This document shows, in pieces, positions 23,349-35,765 of a stretch of 55,547 nucleotides of DNA. The translations under genes and the position numbers were made by a program. The notes beneath the pieces were generated by a model, which worked only from the letters and a program-made list of their open reading frames with translations, did not search any database and had not been told where the DNA came from. How positions within the stretch are numbered: the stretch's first letter is position 1; every line of letters starts with the position of its first letter. Source of the DNA: Nemertoderma westbladi (Eukaryota; Animalia; Xenacoelomorpha); assembly GCA_032718475.1 (NCBI GenBank), contig JAUCBJ010000705.1, positions 1-55,547 on the forward strand, written 5' to 3'.

Positions 23349-24190
23349 CCAAACGCTGGCAGACTACCACCAAGCCTAAATAAACTACTGTATGTGCAGA
23401 TTCCAAAACGGTTAGTTAGTATGCGTTCTAACACGGTAGTACGACTTATTCTTTAAGAGGGGATTGACCTTACAGCTATGGCTGCCCCAACTTACTAACT
23501 GGCACTTTATCAGACAAACTCTACACAAGCAGCAATCTCTTCAGACCTAATAATAGCTAGACAACAATCCAGCCTACAAAATATCTGAGTAATAACTATT
23601 ACGGTATCTGAACAGACCACACAAACAAACATAAGCCAAAACGCTGGCAGAATACTGTCAAGCCTAAATAAACTACAGTATGTGCAGATTCCAAAATTGT
23701 TAGTTAGTATGCGTTCTAACACGGTAGTACGACTTATTCTTTAAGAGGGGATTGACCTTACAGCTATGGCTGCCCCAACTTACTAACTGGCACTCTATCG
23801 GACAAACTCTACACACGCAGTAATCTCTCCAAACCCAACAACAATCCGACAACAGTCCGGCCTACAATTATCTGAACAATCTAAGCAGACTTACACGTCT
23901 TCAGCTCAATATTAACTTACATGTAAATAAAACTGACTGAAATAAGTAAGCTCCAAAAGAAACAAGGGGTGTACAGTCCCTAATCTCTTAAACAGCCTAC
24001 CGGTATGCAATAATCAAAATCGAATAATACTAATGTACTTATACTGGAAGTACCGGTTAGGACAGTTAGGCCTACGGACTTACAGAAGTACCGGTTCTGG
24101 CAGTTGGACCTACGGACCTACAGCAGTACTGGTTCTGGCAGTTGGGCCTACTGACCTACAGAAGTACCGGTTCAGGTTTACCGGTTGACC
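23349..24190. repeat. Repeats in the BEL 5' UTR: ~290-bp tandem duplication (23349-23880) and ~35-bp repeats (24045-24190)
   Basis: ACGCTGGCAGA...GTATGTGCAGATTCC occurs twice; GAAGTACCGGTT...GGCCTACGGACCTACA-like units occur about four times. Confidence 0.8.
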
Positions 24191-24238
24191 AGTACTTTCA
24201 ACTTTATTGCTTACTGCAATAAAGTCAATAACTGTTAT

Positions 24239-25485
24239 TGTACGCACTTTTGAAGACCTTTAGCAGTTTAACCTGCCAAAATTTATATGTCTTTTGGTTT
24301 ATAAATATACTTTAGAAGATGACAAATATTTAATACCAATAAACACAACATTAGCAGAAGCCAGCCTAGTGCGCGTCCATTCACCCGCTGGATATTCCCG
24401 GGAGACTGGATTCTGAGGGCTTAGATTATTATTGCAGTGTAAGCTTACTGTACTGTATTATTCGATTGATCATTAATAATTAATTTCTGACTAATATTAT
24501 TCACTTTCGGGAAATATTAACAGTTCCTTTAGGACGTGGCGCTCTATCTAGGTAAACAGAGATATGACTTATACTAATCACAACGGTAAGTCGGTAAGGC
24601 TTAAGATTCACGTATGAGGTGCATTCTTTAGGAAATGCTTAGTTATCAGTCACAATCAGGCACACTACCGGTAACACACAATACTGCTCACTAATTTGCC
24701 GACCGTCAATGAATTTTATCATATATAAAGCGAACAGCAATTGACTCATGTAGGGCTTATCAAATAGCATTAAATTCACTACAAACCACAATAATATAAG
24801 TCGCAATCGCTATGTATAACCCGTCTCTCTAACCTGTAGTGTATCAAGAAAATTGGGAAATTTGGGTTCTTTATATATGTTCTCCAAATAATATTCAACC
24901 AAAACACAACAGTAAATAGCAGTATAATAATGTATGTTGAACCGATAATGTAAGACTGAAGTGAGATAAGATATGATAACAGTTATACGTTCTATAATTT
25001 AAGCCTACTAATGTTTCTTCTAAAGTATGAAACGAATTGACTCTAGAGCCGTTGTTCCTGGCCTAGATAGCAATAACAACAAAGTATCAAGAAAAAACAG
25101 TAAGACTGAACACTCTCCTTATGATCGGCCGAAAAGCTACATGTCGACAGGAAAAATCGCTCTGATTGGCTCAAGCCAAACAAAGAACCATGCGTCCAAT
25201 GGCTGTTTCCATGTCAGCAACCAGCTGTTAGATGTCGTAATATGAATCATCACGGCTAAGCTGTGAAAGGTATTTGGTGCATTGCAGGTTTTTTGCCTTA
25301 CCATGTCCGCTAAAACACGTATATAGCAGAATGACTTTTATGTCCGTTAAAACACCTGTAACGGTACCTTGCGGGCGAGGGGAATATATATACAGTTAGA
25401 GAACCTTTTTAGAGTATTCCAGCGCCTGGGGGGAAACTGGATTGCGAAGCAAAAGGGCCAGTTATATCCCACAGAAGCTTTTACA
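24239..25485 (-). repeat. 5' LTR of BEL copy 1
   Basis: 1247 bp; about five substitutions relative to 8665-9911 by eye. Confidence 0.96.
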
Positions 25486-27022
25486 TAAACTGATGTAGTA
25501 GTAGCTTAGTACAGGTATCGTTGTATGGTCTACAGGTAGCCGTATCGGTGAGATTGTAATGCTCCCAAAGATCTTCCATGTATTCGCTAAGAAAGGATTT
25601 AGGGACTGACATCTTCTCCACTCCTAGAGGCAGATCGGCGGTCAAATCATGAATTTCTTTCGGGTAATGTAGATCAACTATGCAATAATAACCAGTGTCC
25701 CCACTCGCGTCTACTGTAGCTAGGTCTATGGGGGTAGTTATGAGTTTAATATTAGCGTAGGGAAGTTTCTGGCTCAGGGCGCAGCCGTAAAGGTTATTCG
25801 CATCGATGGGAATTAGATATTTCTCGGGGAGACTGGAGTCGTAGTTGGGTTTATCGGGAATATTTGCGTCTACAGAATGTGTATTCAAGAAAACTAGACC
25901 ACCCCTAATATTTGTTTCAAAGTCCGAGTAGATGGAAGCGTCTGATAGTAATTGAATTTCTGATTGCGTGAATTTCAGCGGGCTCAAGTCCATAATTAGT
26001 AAGACAGAGGGATCGGAACTGCTCGAAAGTATCAGCCAATAGGGTAACGTCTAGAACCAAATAGCCAATCATATAGTCGAAGATTGTTGCGCAGTTTAAT
26101 TCATCCCAAGTAGTAAGCGCGCGCTGATGGTTGTCTGCGCTACATTGTTCCAATTTGAGATCATTATAGAAGCTTTCTATTGGGGGGAGTGTAGTTTCGT
26201 GTAGGTTTGAAATATTTTGAATGTAGGAATATGGGAATACGCCCTTGTTTTTTATTGTGTTATCGCTAATGTTGGGATAGAGTTGGGTCATTTGAGCTAG
26301 TGTATGGGGTATGGCTGTTGCTAGGTTACTGTTATTTTTAGTGAGATAACTACTAAGATTATCTAGGCTGGCAGTCATAAATTGATAGGAATCTAGAAAA
26401 TTAATGGAGATACTTTCTTTAGCATTGGCTGTTGGTGTACTCGGATCGATTGGAAAGCTAACTTTAAGGTGAATATAAGTTTCGGTGTTTTTTGGTATTA
26501 CAGTCATTTTCCAGTGTGTTCTAGAACTATCGGTCATTCCTTCTTTTAGTAGTAAATGCATATCGAATTTCCTCAAGTTATGAAATATAATATAAAAATT
26601 ATTCCGTTTTAGGGAAAGTTTCCTGTTGCAGCTGACGCATGCAGCCCCTCGATACTCCCCGCTATAATGATCGTGATCGCGGACTTTGGTGCTGAGATTG
26701 TCATTGAGGTTTAAATTATGAGAATCGGGGGTTAAATTATAGTTGCAGACGTAGCATTGTGTAGCGTTATTAAAGTCAGTTTGTTGGCTAGTAGTGAGTT
26801 GCATGGGGGCGTGCGTGTTTGTACTAGAAATGGACCAATCGTATAACTCCCTACAATGACTTTCCATAGCGGTTAGAAAGTCGCGCATTACGTGGTTACT
26901 GCCATCGTCACGGAAAATTTGAACATCTGTTTTAGGAGGGTTAATTCATTTCTGATTTGGTACTGTATAAAAGGCTGCCGCGCTAGCTATATGTTTCTGT
27001 GGGAGTTTCATATTGTTTGTAG
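25486..27022 (-). pseudogene. polB: pPolB middle segment (endonuclease VII-like zinc insert, exonuclease, motif A)
   Basis: CYVC..KVRDHDHYSGEYRGAACVSCN, FHNLRKFD, FLDS, KGVFPY, IRGG, DANNLYG; contains frameshifts. Confidence 0.93.
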
Positions 27023-28803
27023 ATAGATAGATAGATAGATTTATTTATACATTATGTAAAAACAATAACAAATACACCAAACAATGTACCGGTATAAAGG
27101 TATTGTCCAACATAACATATAGGATTACCCCTAAAGCTTTGCAGCTTATTTCCAAGGGGGTCCTTTATGTTACTTGGTTACAAATACAATATTACACTAC
27201 GCTAACCTAAAACCAATATAAAACGTAATTACACTATGTACATGTACAACTTTACCGAGAGCGTGACAATGCCCGACTCAACGATAAAGATGTAATGTAC
27301 AGAACAATTTATTATAAAACGTAATTACAGTATAAATAGTAAATAATTAGTAAACTAATAACTTACTGTAGGACTATTGTACCTATTTTTACATTGCACA
27401 CGGAGGTGAGATTTAACTGCAGATTTAAAAGAATGTTGATTATTTAGGTTTTTAATTTCATTAGGCAGAGCGTTCCAATTTTTAATGCCGTTAAAAAAGA
27501 AAGTATCAGATTCAAAGGATTTACAATTCGGGAGGTAGAAGTTTGAAGCACTAGCTCTGGTACTGTAAGAGTGTGTATCGCGTACTCTGTTGAATTTTTG
27601 TTTTAGGTAATTGGGACATTTACCATTATACACTTTATGCACATGGTTAAGGCGTAGCTGCTTAACTCTACTATCTAAGTTAAGTAGTCCAGATTCAGAA
27701 AAGTCATCTGGAGTTAGGTGGTGCCTAGGTTTGTAGTCTTTAATAAATCGTACTACTTTATTCTGAGCTACTTGTAATTTACATTTAAGCTGTTTGGTTA
27801 AGCCTTCATACCAAGAAGAGCACGCATAGTCCATGTGACACTGTATTAAAGAAGAGCAAAGTAACTTGCGGGAGTCGGTGTTCAAACTATTTTTATTTCT
27901 GTATAGAAACCTAAGCCTACTGTTAACTTTCGAGAAAATATTTTTCACTGTACTTTCTCCTGATAAGCAGTTATCCAATGTGGCGCCTAAATATTTAACT
28001 TCCTTTTTATTTTCAATCTTATGTCCATTACTAGTGACTTCAAACTTAGTTACCTTCTTTAACTTTCTTTTGGAACCAAACAAAATACTTTCAGTTTTAC
28101 CGTAGTGAATGGATAGCTTATTATCAACCAACCACTCATTACAGGATTCTAGAACTGCACTTAACTTTTGGGAAATATGGATAGGATCTTTATGAGAGAA
28201 AATAAGAGCACTGTCGTCGGCATATAAAATGAGTTTAAAATCGGGATCTATACTACTTATCATATCATTTACATAGCATACAAAAAGCAGAGGACCTAAT
28301 ATACTACCTTGCGGTACACCACAGGTAATCTCTTGTACAGTAGACAGCGATTTGCTCTACAGTTTGACCTCTGTCTGACAGGTAGGACTTGAACCAGTCT
28401 ATAGAACCTACACCCATCAGGCCTAACTTACCAAGCAGAATTTCGTGATCTACAGTATCGAAAGCCTTTTGTAGGTCCAACATTACCATACCAGTATATA
28501 AACCCTTTGCGTTATTACATCTAATTGTATCAGTTAAGTTAATAAGGCAGGTGTCTGTAGAATATGATTTACGAAAACCGGACTGAAGTTCATAGATCAG
28601 ATTTAGCCTACTAAGATGTGCCTCCAGCTGTAGAAAAACAGAACGTTCTAGAATTTTAGATACAATACTTAAGATACTAACAGGTCTGTAATTACAGGGT
28701 TCTACTTTACTATTCTTTTTATACAGAGGAACAACCTTAGCTAATTTCAGTTCGTCTGGTACTACATTATCTACGATAGAGTAATTAATAATAAAAGTTA
28801 TTG
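27023..28803 (-). mobile_element. 5'-truncated CR1/L2-group LINE inserted in polB
   Basis: RT motifs [24 protein letters not shown]; 3' stem-loop, AATAAA and (TATC)n tail; 15-bp TSD TCATATTGTTTGTAG at 27008-27022 and 28804-28818. Confidence 0.93.
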
Positions 28804-30283
28804 TCATATTGTTTGTAGGTTCTAGAATAGTTTCAATGTCGGCGTATATACAGAAAGGCGGGGATAGAGTCTTATCGTACCTATCAAATTTAACCAAGAG
28901 ATTTTCGGGCATATACTCGAGTTGGCGTTTACCCGTATAGCAACGCTCTCGATGTTCTTCCAATGATTTGTCAGTGTAAAAGCCTCTGAGACAGCGTTCG
29001 CAGTGTGTCTTGTTACCGTTAGAATCTTTTGAATTTATTAGTCTATCTATGTTAGTAATAGCTACATAGTGGGTGGGGTTTTAGCTTGTTGCTTCGATAA
29101 ATAATAAGTTTAGTACAGTTTTACTGGAACAGTGCGCGCTATCTGGTTGACTTAGAATGGAGAGTTCTTCCGTATTACTCCAATAAAGAAGGTTTATGCA
29201 GTATATAGGGTTTGGTTTCAGAAACTGGGGAATACCAGTTACTCTGTGCACCGGAAAACTTAAATTGGAAAAATCAAACATGTTTAGGAAAGGAGTAAAC
29301 GTTGAAATTCTACTAATATTATTTTGTTTTCTATCAATTTTCTAATAATTTGCGGCGGCTAATACTGCGTATTTAAAGCATTCCCCCAGCGGGCAGTCTA
29401 CGCTTACGGTACATTTTTTATTTAATAATAATTTAGAATTATTGAAGCCTTGACCCTTTAAATAGGGGTTGCGTTGGGACCGCGCAATCTCAATAGTTAT
29501 TCGCTCGATGGCTATTATGCGCCAACCCGAGCCGAGGCAGAGAAACACGCTTAACAGTTGATCGATACGATTGACGGCGCTAGAAAACCAGTTATTAAAG
29601 TCACTATTATTTAGAATTTGATTATTGTTACCGCTAGATTTAAAACAGAATGATTCAATTTGAAAACCCTCGCTGGTTTCATGCTACATTACGATATTGA
29701 TTGTAAGCCAGACTCTTAAAAAAGTTCCCAAAGCACTTTGTAAATGGCTACTAACGTATTCTTGAATATGTGGAAAAGTTTCATTTAATGTTAATTCAGC
29801 GTCGAGTCTTGTTTCTGCGAGGTCATTGTTATAAGTAAACAGTCGTCCGTGTGCGCTTCCGTTGGAGGGGGGTTGAAAGGGATTGTTTGGGGAAATAGAA
29901 TCTCGCGAAGTTGAAGGTTCATTATTGGAGCCGCCGCCGCCGACTTGTTCTGGAGTAGAGTTGATGGGGGATGAGTGGGAGGTAGATGGAGTTTTGCGTT
30001 TCCGCGAAAAAAGTCGAGTGTAGCATTCATGCTCAGTAAAGGATGATAGGGTGAGCGAATCCCCGCAGCGGCAATCGGCTGGCTCGTTTACGTAAGTAAA
30101 TCCTGTCCCCCCCTGAGGACACGAAACAAGATGGCCAACCAGCGTCTTCTTTTCCGAGGACCAAGTCGAACAACAGTTGCATCTATATTGCGCGAAATGA
30201 GTTTTAATATGACGAGATAAATTATCACTCCGCGTCTCTTTGTCGCAGATGGGGCAGCTAACTTTATTGGTAGACATAGGCAT
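28804..30283 (-). pseudogene. polB: pPolB N-terminal segment (C2H2 finger, terminal-protein region, ExoI)
   Basis: CPIC...LSRHIKTH, GSGW, CFKYAV, FPV, CERC...H...[10 protein letters not shown]; several stops and frameshifts. Confidence 0.88.
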
Positions 30284-30827
30284 CTTGAATCTAGAAAAAT
30301 ACGTTGATTATTTATAAAAAATAAAAAATACTGTATACTTGCTAAAAATAAAGTAAAACAGTAGATATTAATTGGTTACTAGGCAACAATACTGTGTTTG
30401 TACAGTTAGGTCTATTGCTGTATTGTAGCAATCAGTCAGTGAAACATAAAGCAGACAGTCGGCAGTATCTAGTGTAGTAGTGTTAGTGTACCAGCGGTTA
30501 GATAGTGGCGATAACCAAGACACAATAGCGATGGCAGTTATTATTCGTGGAAAGAGGGTCTATAAACAACAGTCAACAGTCAGTCAGTCAGTGCAGTAGT
30601 GCTAGTAATATAGTCTGCTAGAAGTCAGACGTACCGGTAGCGTTAACCAATACAAATCAACGATAGGCCTAGCTAATCGCTGTGTGAGAACTCAGTTAGT
30701 CAGTAGGATAAATAGTGAAAACTGCAGTAATCATTGTTGTTCAGTGGGGTCTATAGCGCTACTACGATGGCACTAGGCTAACTCGAATGATGCGGTACCG
30801 GTAGTCAGGTAGACAAGCAGATAGGTA

Positions 30828-31400
30828 GATGTAGGCCTATTGATCGAATGCTTCGATCACGGTTTAGGCTATCGGTACCACCACAGTCTGACAGTAATTA
30901 ATAATGAGCCTACTGCAATACTGTTGTACCGGTAGACATTAGGCCTAAATGTAAATTGTTTGCTATCGGCATCGAAAGTATAGCTAGATGGTGGAAGGCA
31001 GTTTTTACTTACGGTGGCAGTTAATATTCACGGAAAGAGGAAGTTTGTGAAGAAGTTGGTTGACGTGGACGACGAGAGAATTTATTTACCAATAGAACGG
31101 AATGGTATCGGAAATTAGGTTGGAAAATATTACGCGACTGCTACGCGGAAAGTTCGGTGTCGACGATGAGCGTTGACGCGGCGAAATGACACTAGAAAAA
31201 TAAGATGAATATTTGTAAAAAGAAAAAAATACTGTAAGCAGATAAACAGATGTAGGCCTATTGATCGAATGCTTCGATCACGGTTTAGGCTATCGGTACC
31301 ACCGCAGTCTGACAGTAATTAATAATGAGCCTACTGCAATACTGTTGTATCGGTAGACATTAGGCCTAAATGTAAATTGTTTGCTATCGGCATCGAAAGT
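30828..31400. repeat. ~150-bp direct repeat upstream of polB (30828-30979 and 31248-31400)
   Basis: GATGTAGGCCTATTGATCG...CGGCATCGAAAGT occurs twice. Confidence 0.88.
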
Positions 31401-31604
31401 GAAATGACAATAATACAACTATATAAGTGGGTTGTTGACTGATGATAACAAATAAATATTCTTAATAAATAATATTAAATTCGAAAACAAAATAATGGTA
31501 AATGATGTTAATCGTAACTTGCAATTGAAATAATGACGTAATATATTGGTGGGGATGTATTAAATAGCAATTCGGTTATTAAGGGAGGCCCTTGTCTCTT
31601 AAAT

Positions 31605-31680
31605 GAGCCAATCAGGGCGCAGCACCAATCGGATGGCTCGCTGATTGGATGTTCATGCATAAGCGGTAACCAGGGCAACT
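31605..31680. promoter_or_regulatory. CCAAT-box cluster, candidate polB promoter
   Basis: AGCCAATCA, ACCAATCG and TGATTGG lie within 45 bp, between the TIR and polB. Confidence 0.4.
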
Positions 31681-31760
31681 TCTCATGATGATGAATCTAT
31701 ATTAGAAAACTCATGTAGGCAACTTGACTAATTATGTTGAGTTGGCTGTATAACAGAAGC

Positions 31761-34700
31761 AGGTCTGGTGCAAAGGAATGGGATTAGTAGAGAGGAATGC
31801 GTGTTTAGAGGCGCTTCATTGTTATGATACGGGCTGCCTGGATATAGGAAAGGACCCGAGTGATGCCGGCTATAGTGAGAACAAAGGAGGGCCGCTGGAA
31901 CATTAGCCTTGGGCGAAATACGGATTTGGTGTAGTCAAGGCCGCGTTGGGATTATTAGTGAGTCATCAAAGGGGCTGCTAACAGACGGGATCGCTCATTT
32001 ATATTTGCCTTGGGGGTATACATGTAGATTCAATGCGTGTCGTATCTAGTTAATGAATAATGAGGGCAGAGGAGGGGTCCCCGCCGATGAACGTAGTTGA
32101 TAGTTGCCGGGAAAAAGTTGCCGGTTAAAGTTGCCGGTTAAAGTTGCCGGTTAAAGCTAATTGGAGGTCAAAGGTCAATGATAAAGCTGTCTGGATATAG
32201 ATAAGAGTAATTAGTTACCAGTAAGGGAGCTGTATACCCTATGGCTAAGGATAACGAGATTAAAGTCAATGAGGTCATTTAGAAACCAATATATAAAACT
32301 AATTATTGGTAAATCTAAAATAAAGTACAAATAAATAAAGTAAAAATAAATACAATTAAATAAATTAAAATTAAATACAAATAATTAATTAAAATTAGGT
32401 ACAGGCTCATTCCATGAAAAGGTCAACCTCCCCACTAATTTCTAAAAATGAGATGTAGCTTTGAATTTATACTTATTTTAGGTCAAAATTTATCGTACTC
32501 CATGAATTCAGTGCTAAAAATTGTATCAACACAGGTGGTTTATCAAAAATAGTCGAATTACAAATTATGGACCTGCTCTGCACAAAATGTGAATAAAAGT
32601 GTGCAAAAGTTTGGTTTCCTGTAGGCACTTCCTATGACCAATAAATTAACATTTCTGAGCATGAACCAAATCAAAAATAAACCCATTTTCGAATTTTTTT
32701 GGTTTCATTTAATTTCACCAGTGTTTCATTCCTCTGTAATGAAATCAATAAAGTTAATCTTGTGATGTCCCATACTTTACCTAAAATAGTGAAATTTTTA
32801 GTTTATTCACAGAGATGTAACTCAGCCTAATCACCCAGTGGAATGCAAAGCACATTTGTGTTGCGTCATTGTATAAAACAATTAGTTTCATCTTCACTCC
32901 CTCAGAAATATCATGGCGGCCAATTGAAAATTGTCCCATACTTTACCATTAAAATGGCGATTATATTAGTGCACTGTATTAATGTAATATGTGAAGCCAT
33001 GAGTGATATAATACTCTAAGGTCATAGTCGGCCGTAAGAATAGGAGTCTATATTTGAACTGAGAATCATTCCTCAGTCAAGAAATCTTTGGTTTTATGCA
33101 TGTAAAGTCCCATACTTTACCAAAAAATAGTGAAATTTTTAATTTATACACATAGAAGTAGTCTAACTCAGCCCAATCACCCAGTGGAATGCAAAGCACG
33201 TTTGTGTTGCGTCATCTAAAGAAACAATTACCTGTAGTTTCATAATCTACTCCCTCAGAAACATCATGACGGCCAATTGAAAATTGTCCCATACTTTACC
33301 ATTATAATGGCGATTACATTTTAGTGCACTGTATTAATGTAATATATTAAACCTGGAGGACAGGAGTGTTATAATGCTTTAGGGTGATAGTAGGGGGAAG
33401 CATAGAAGTATGTATTTGAACTAAGAATCATTCCTCAGTTAACTAATCTTTGAGTTTATGCATGTAAAGTCGCGTACTTTACAACAAATTTCAAAAAATT
33501 TAGTTTTTTAGCAGATAAGAAGATCGGTAAGTACAGTAATTGATACATTTTCAGAAAAATGGAAAGAATTTCGAAACTTTTTACAGACTACATGTGTACC
33601 AAGTTTGGTTATATTTCATCAATGATTGGCGGACTTATTTTGGTTTTATCAAAATTTTGAAACTATCGGTACCAACAGACAGACTGTCTGATATGTGACC
33701 TTTGATTCCTTAAATTTCAGATTCTTTCCAAACTTTTGACAGACTTCATACGTACCAGGTTTGGTTTAATTTCATCTAAAAATGAACGAGTTATACAGTA
33801 TTAGCGATCAAAAATTTGACAGATGACATACAACTCCTCAAGGGCACATATGCTAAGACTTCGGGTCAATTTGTGGGCCGCCCCACATTTTGTATCCATA
33901 TCTTGGTTGGAAATACTTAGTTGCACTTTATTATCACTAATTATCCAGAAATTACTGTTAGGTTAAGTGTAAGAGACCATTTTGACCATAAAATTCGTAC
34001 AGGTCCCGTACTTTACTTAGCAATGTCCCATACTTTACCACACAAACCACACTGTAAAAAATTAGCAATGCAGCAATTCGTCTTATATTTATATTTTTAT
34101 TTAAGCTTAATAATACAGCTTTATCCTAAACATCAACTCAACACTGTACCTGCGCACAATTCGCTAAATTTTAGAATTGAAATCATAAAATAAAAAAAAC
34201 CATTTCGTACGAATCCGTACTTTACCTTAATTGGACAAGCTGGTGTTTTCTCAAAAGTGTCTAAGTCCCGCCATAAGCTTTGCGAAATCAAAGCTGATAT
34301 TCGAAAGTTCAATCCAAGCACAATTTTGTGCACATATGTGCTGTGGATAACATTGTACAGGCAATCAAAGTTCAAAATTGTGTACGAATGTCCCGTACTT
34401 TACTTTGGAATGAGCCTACAAATAAATAAGTATTAATAAATAAAAGAGCTGCGGTGTCACTTATGACACCCTCTTGCTCCTCTCTGTGATAGTTAGACAA
34501 CACTGATGCCCATTGTGTGTCAGGGCGCTAATCAGTCTGATTAATTAGGATAATCAATTAAACCCTAATTAGGAGTCATATGACACCTGTTAGGGTTTAA
34601 TTGTACTAATTAATTGATGACACCTGTCAATTAGGGTCTAATTAGCCTAATTGGGAGGTGTCACCCAGACAGTCTGGCAGCCAATGACACCCAATGACAC

Positions 34701-34790
34701 CCATAGGGTGATAATTGGGTGTCATATGACACCCAATGGGTGTCAGTGAGGTCTAACTGTCGCAGAGAGGACCAAGACCCTACTACTGCT
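31761..34790. repeat. Polinton terminal inverted repeat, copy 2 (interrupted)
   Basis: Matches 2523-3384; imperfect subterminal palindrome at ~34471-34776. Confidence 0.85.
32404..34416. mobile_element. Non-autonomous TIR DNA transposon, 2013 bp, superfamily unassigned
   Basis: Termini GGCTCATTCCA / TGGAATGAGCC, 4-bp TSD TACA, about nine GTCCC(A/G)TACTTTAC-like motifs and an internal ~345-bp duplication; removal restores the Polinton TIR. Confidence 0.88.
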
Positions 34791-35589
34791 AAGATTTAAT
34801 GCTCCCATTGTCAGAGTTCCTGGACCGAAATTGAAACACCAATTGCCGATGGGCTTGATCTCTCAAACCAAAACTTCCTCTGCGGGGTTTGTGCGGCAGT
34901 AAAGATTGAAAGTCTGGAAGCTGGCATCCCTAGGTATTATTATTATAAAGAGCGTCAGCATGCGTTTAATAAATATATTTTAATACAAAACAGGTCGAAC
35001 GCAAAGAGGCTTATAATGAAGACGAGTACTGCATTGATTATATTCCTATAAACCACCTGGCTTTGCATATTGAACGTGCGTTTGGAAATAAGTTCGTGCA
35101 ACCCTTCCGTGGGTGGTAGATGTCGCGGTTATGTATTGGGGGGATGGGGGGGGGGGGGGGGGGTGCAGATTAAAAGGGGTGAACACGTACTGTCCCCCTT
35201 TCTTTGATTAATTGGTGGTGTGGGTTAATCTCTCATAACCTGATTTTGTGATACAGTCGCACAATTTTAGTTTGTATCTCATAACTGGGCCTCGTGCTGC
35301 GCGAAGGCCCCACGAACGTGTAATGATAGGATATACGACCAATATAGTATTATATTTATGATGACATGTGGTTTGGTTACAGGTAATTGGGAGTGAGTGT
35401 ACGACATTATGTGATGACGGAATTTGAGTGTGAATGCAAGTCTATATAAAAATACATTGAGTGATTGAAGGCCCGTTTCCGCGATTTTTTTTTTGAGCTT
35501 TATTTATTTTTTTATTTGAAACAATTTCTAGAAATTCATTGCTTCAAGATGAAGCTAAGAATTTTGAAATGTTAAAACTAAAATATAGA

Positions 35590-35765
35590 ATAAAGCTCCA
35601 AAAAAAGCTCAAAAAAAAGCTTAAAAAAAAGGTCAAAAAAAGCTTGGAAAAAAAAACCCAAAAAAGCTTGAAAAAAAGCTCAAAAAAGCTTGAAAAAAGC
35701 CCCAAAAAAGCTTGAACAAAAACTCTAAAAAGCTTGAAAAACAGCTCAAAAATATCTAGAAAAAC
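35590..35765. repeat. Low-complexity (A)nGCT(C/T) repeat
   Basis: More than ten AAAAAGCTC/AAAAAGCTTG-like units. Confidence 0.8.

Larger units (their letters stand above)
8665..25485 (-). mobile_element. Full-length BEL/Pao LTR retrotransposon, 16,821 bp
   Basis: Two 1247-bp TG...CA LTRs, 5-bp TSD TAAAC (8660-8664 and 25486-25490), gag-PR-RT-RH-IN order with BEL motifs. Confidence 0.97.
3385..34790 (-). mobile_element. Polinton/Maverick copy 2 (PolB end), degenerate, host of four nested insertions
   Basis: TIR ending CCAAGACCCTACTACTGCT at 34790, then pPolB and a TBP-like gene on the - strand. The left boundary is inferred from where copy 1 ends. Confidence 0.85.

Noticed and set aside
24183-24192. 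TGGTCAACC as a displaced tRNA PBS
   Set aside because: It lies about 47 nt from the LTR, within the 35-bp repeat region, and matches no tRNA 3' end I recognise.
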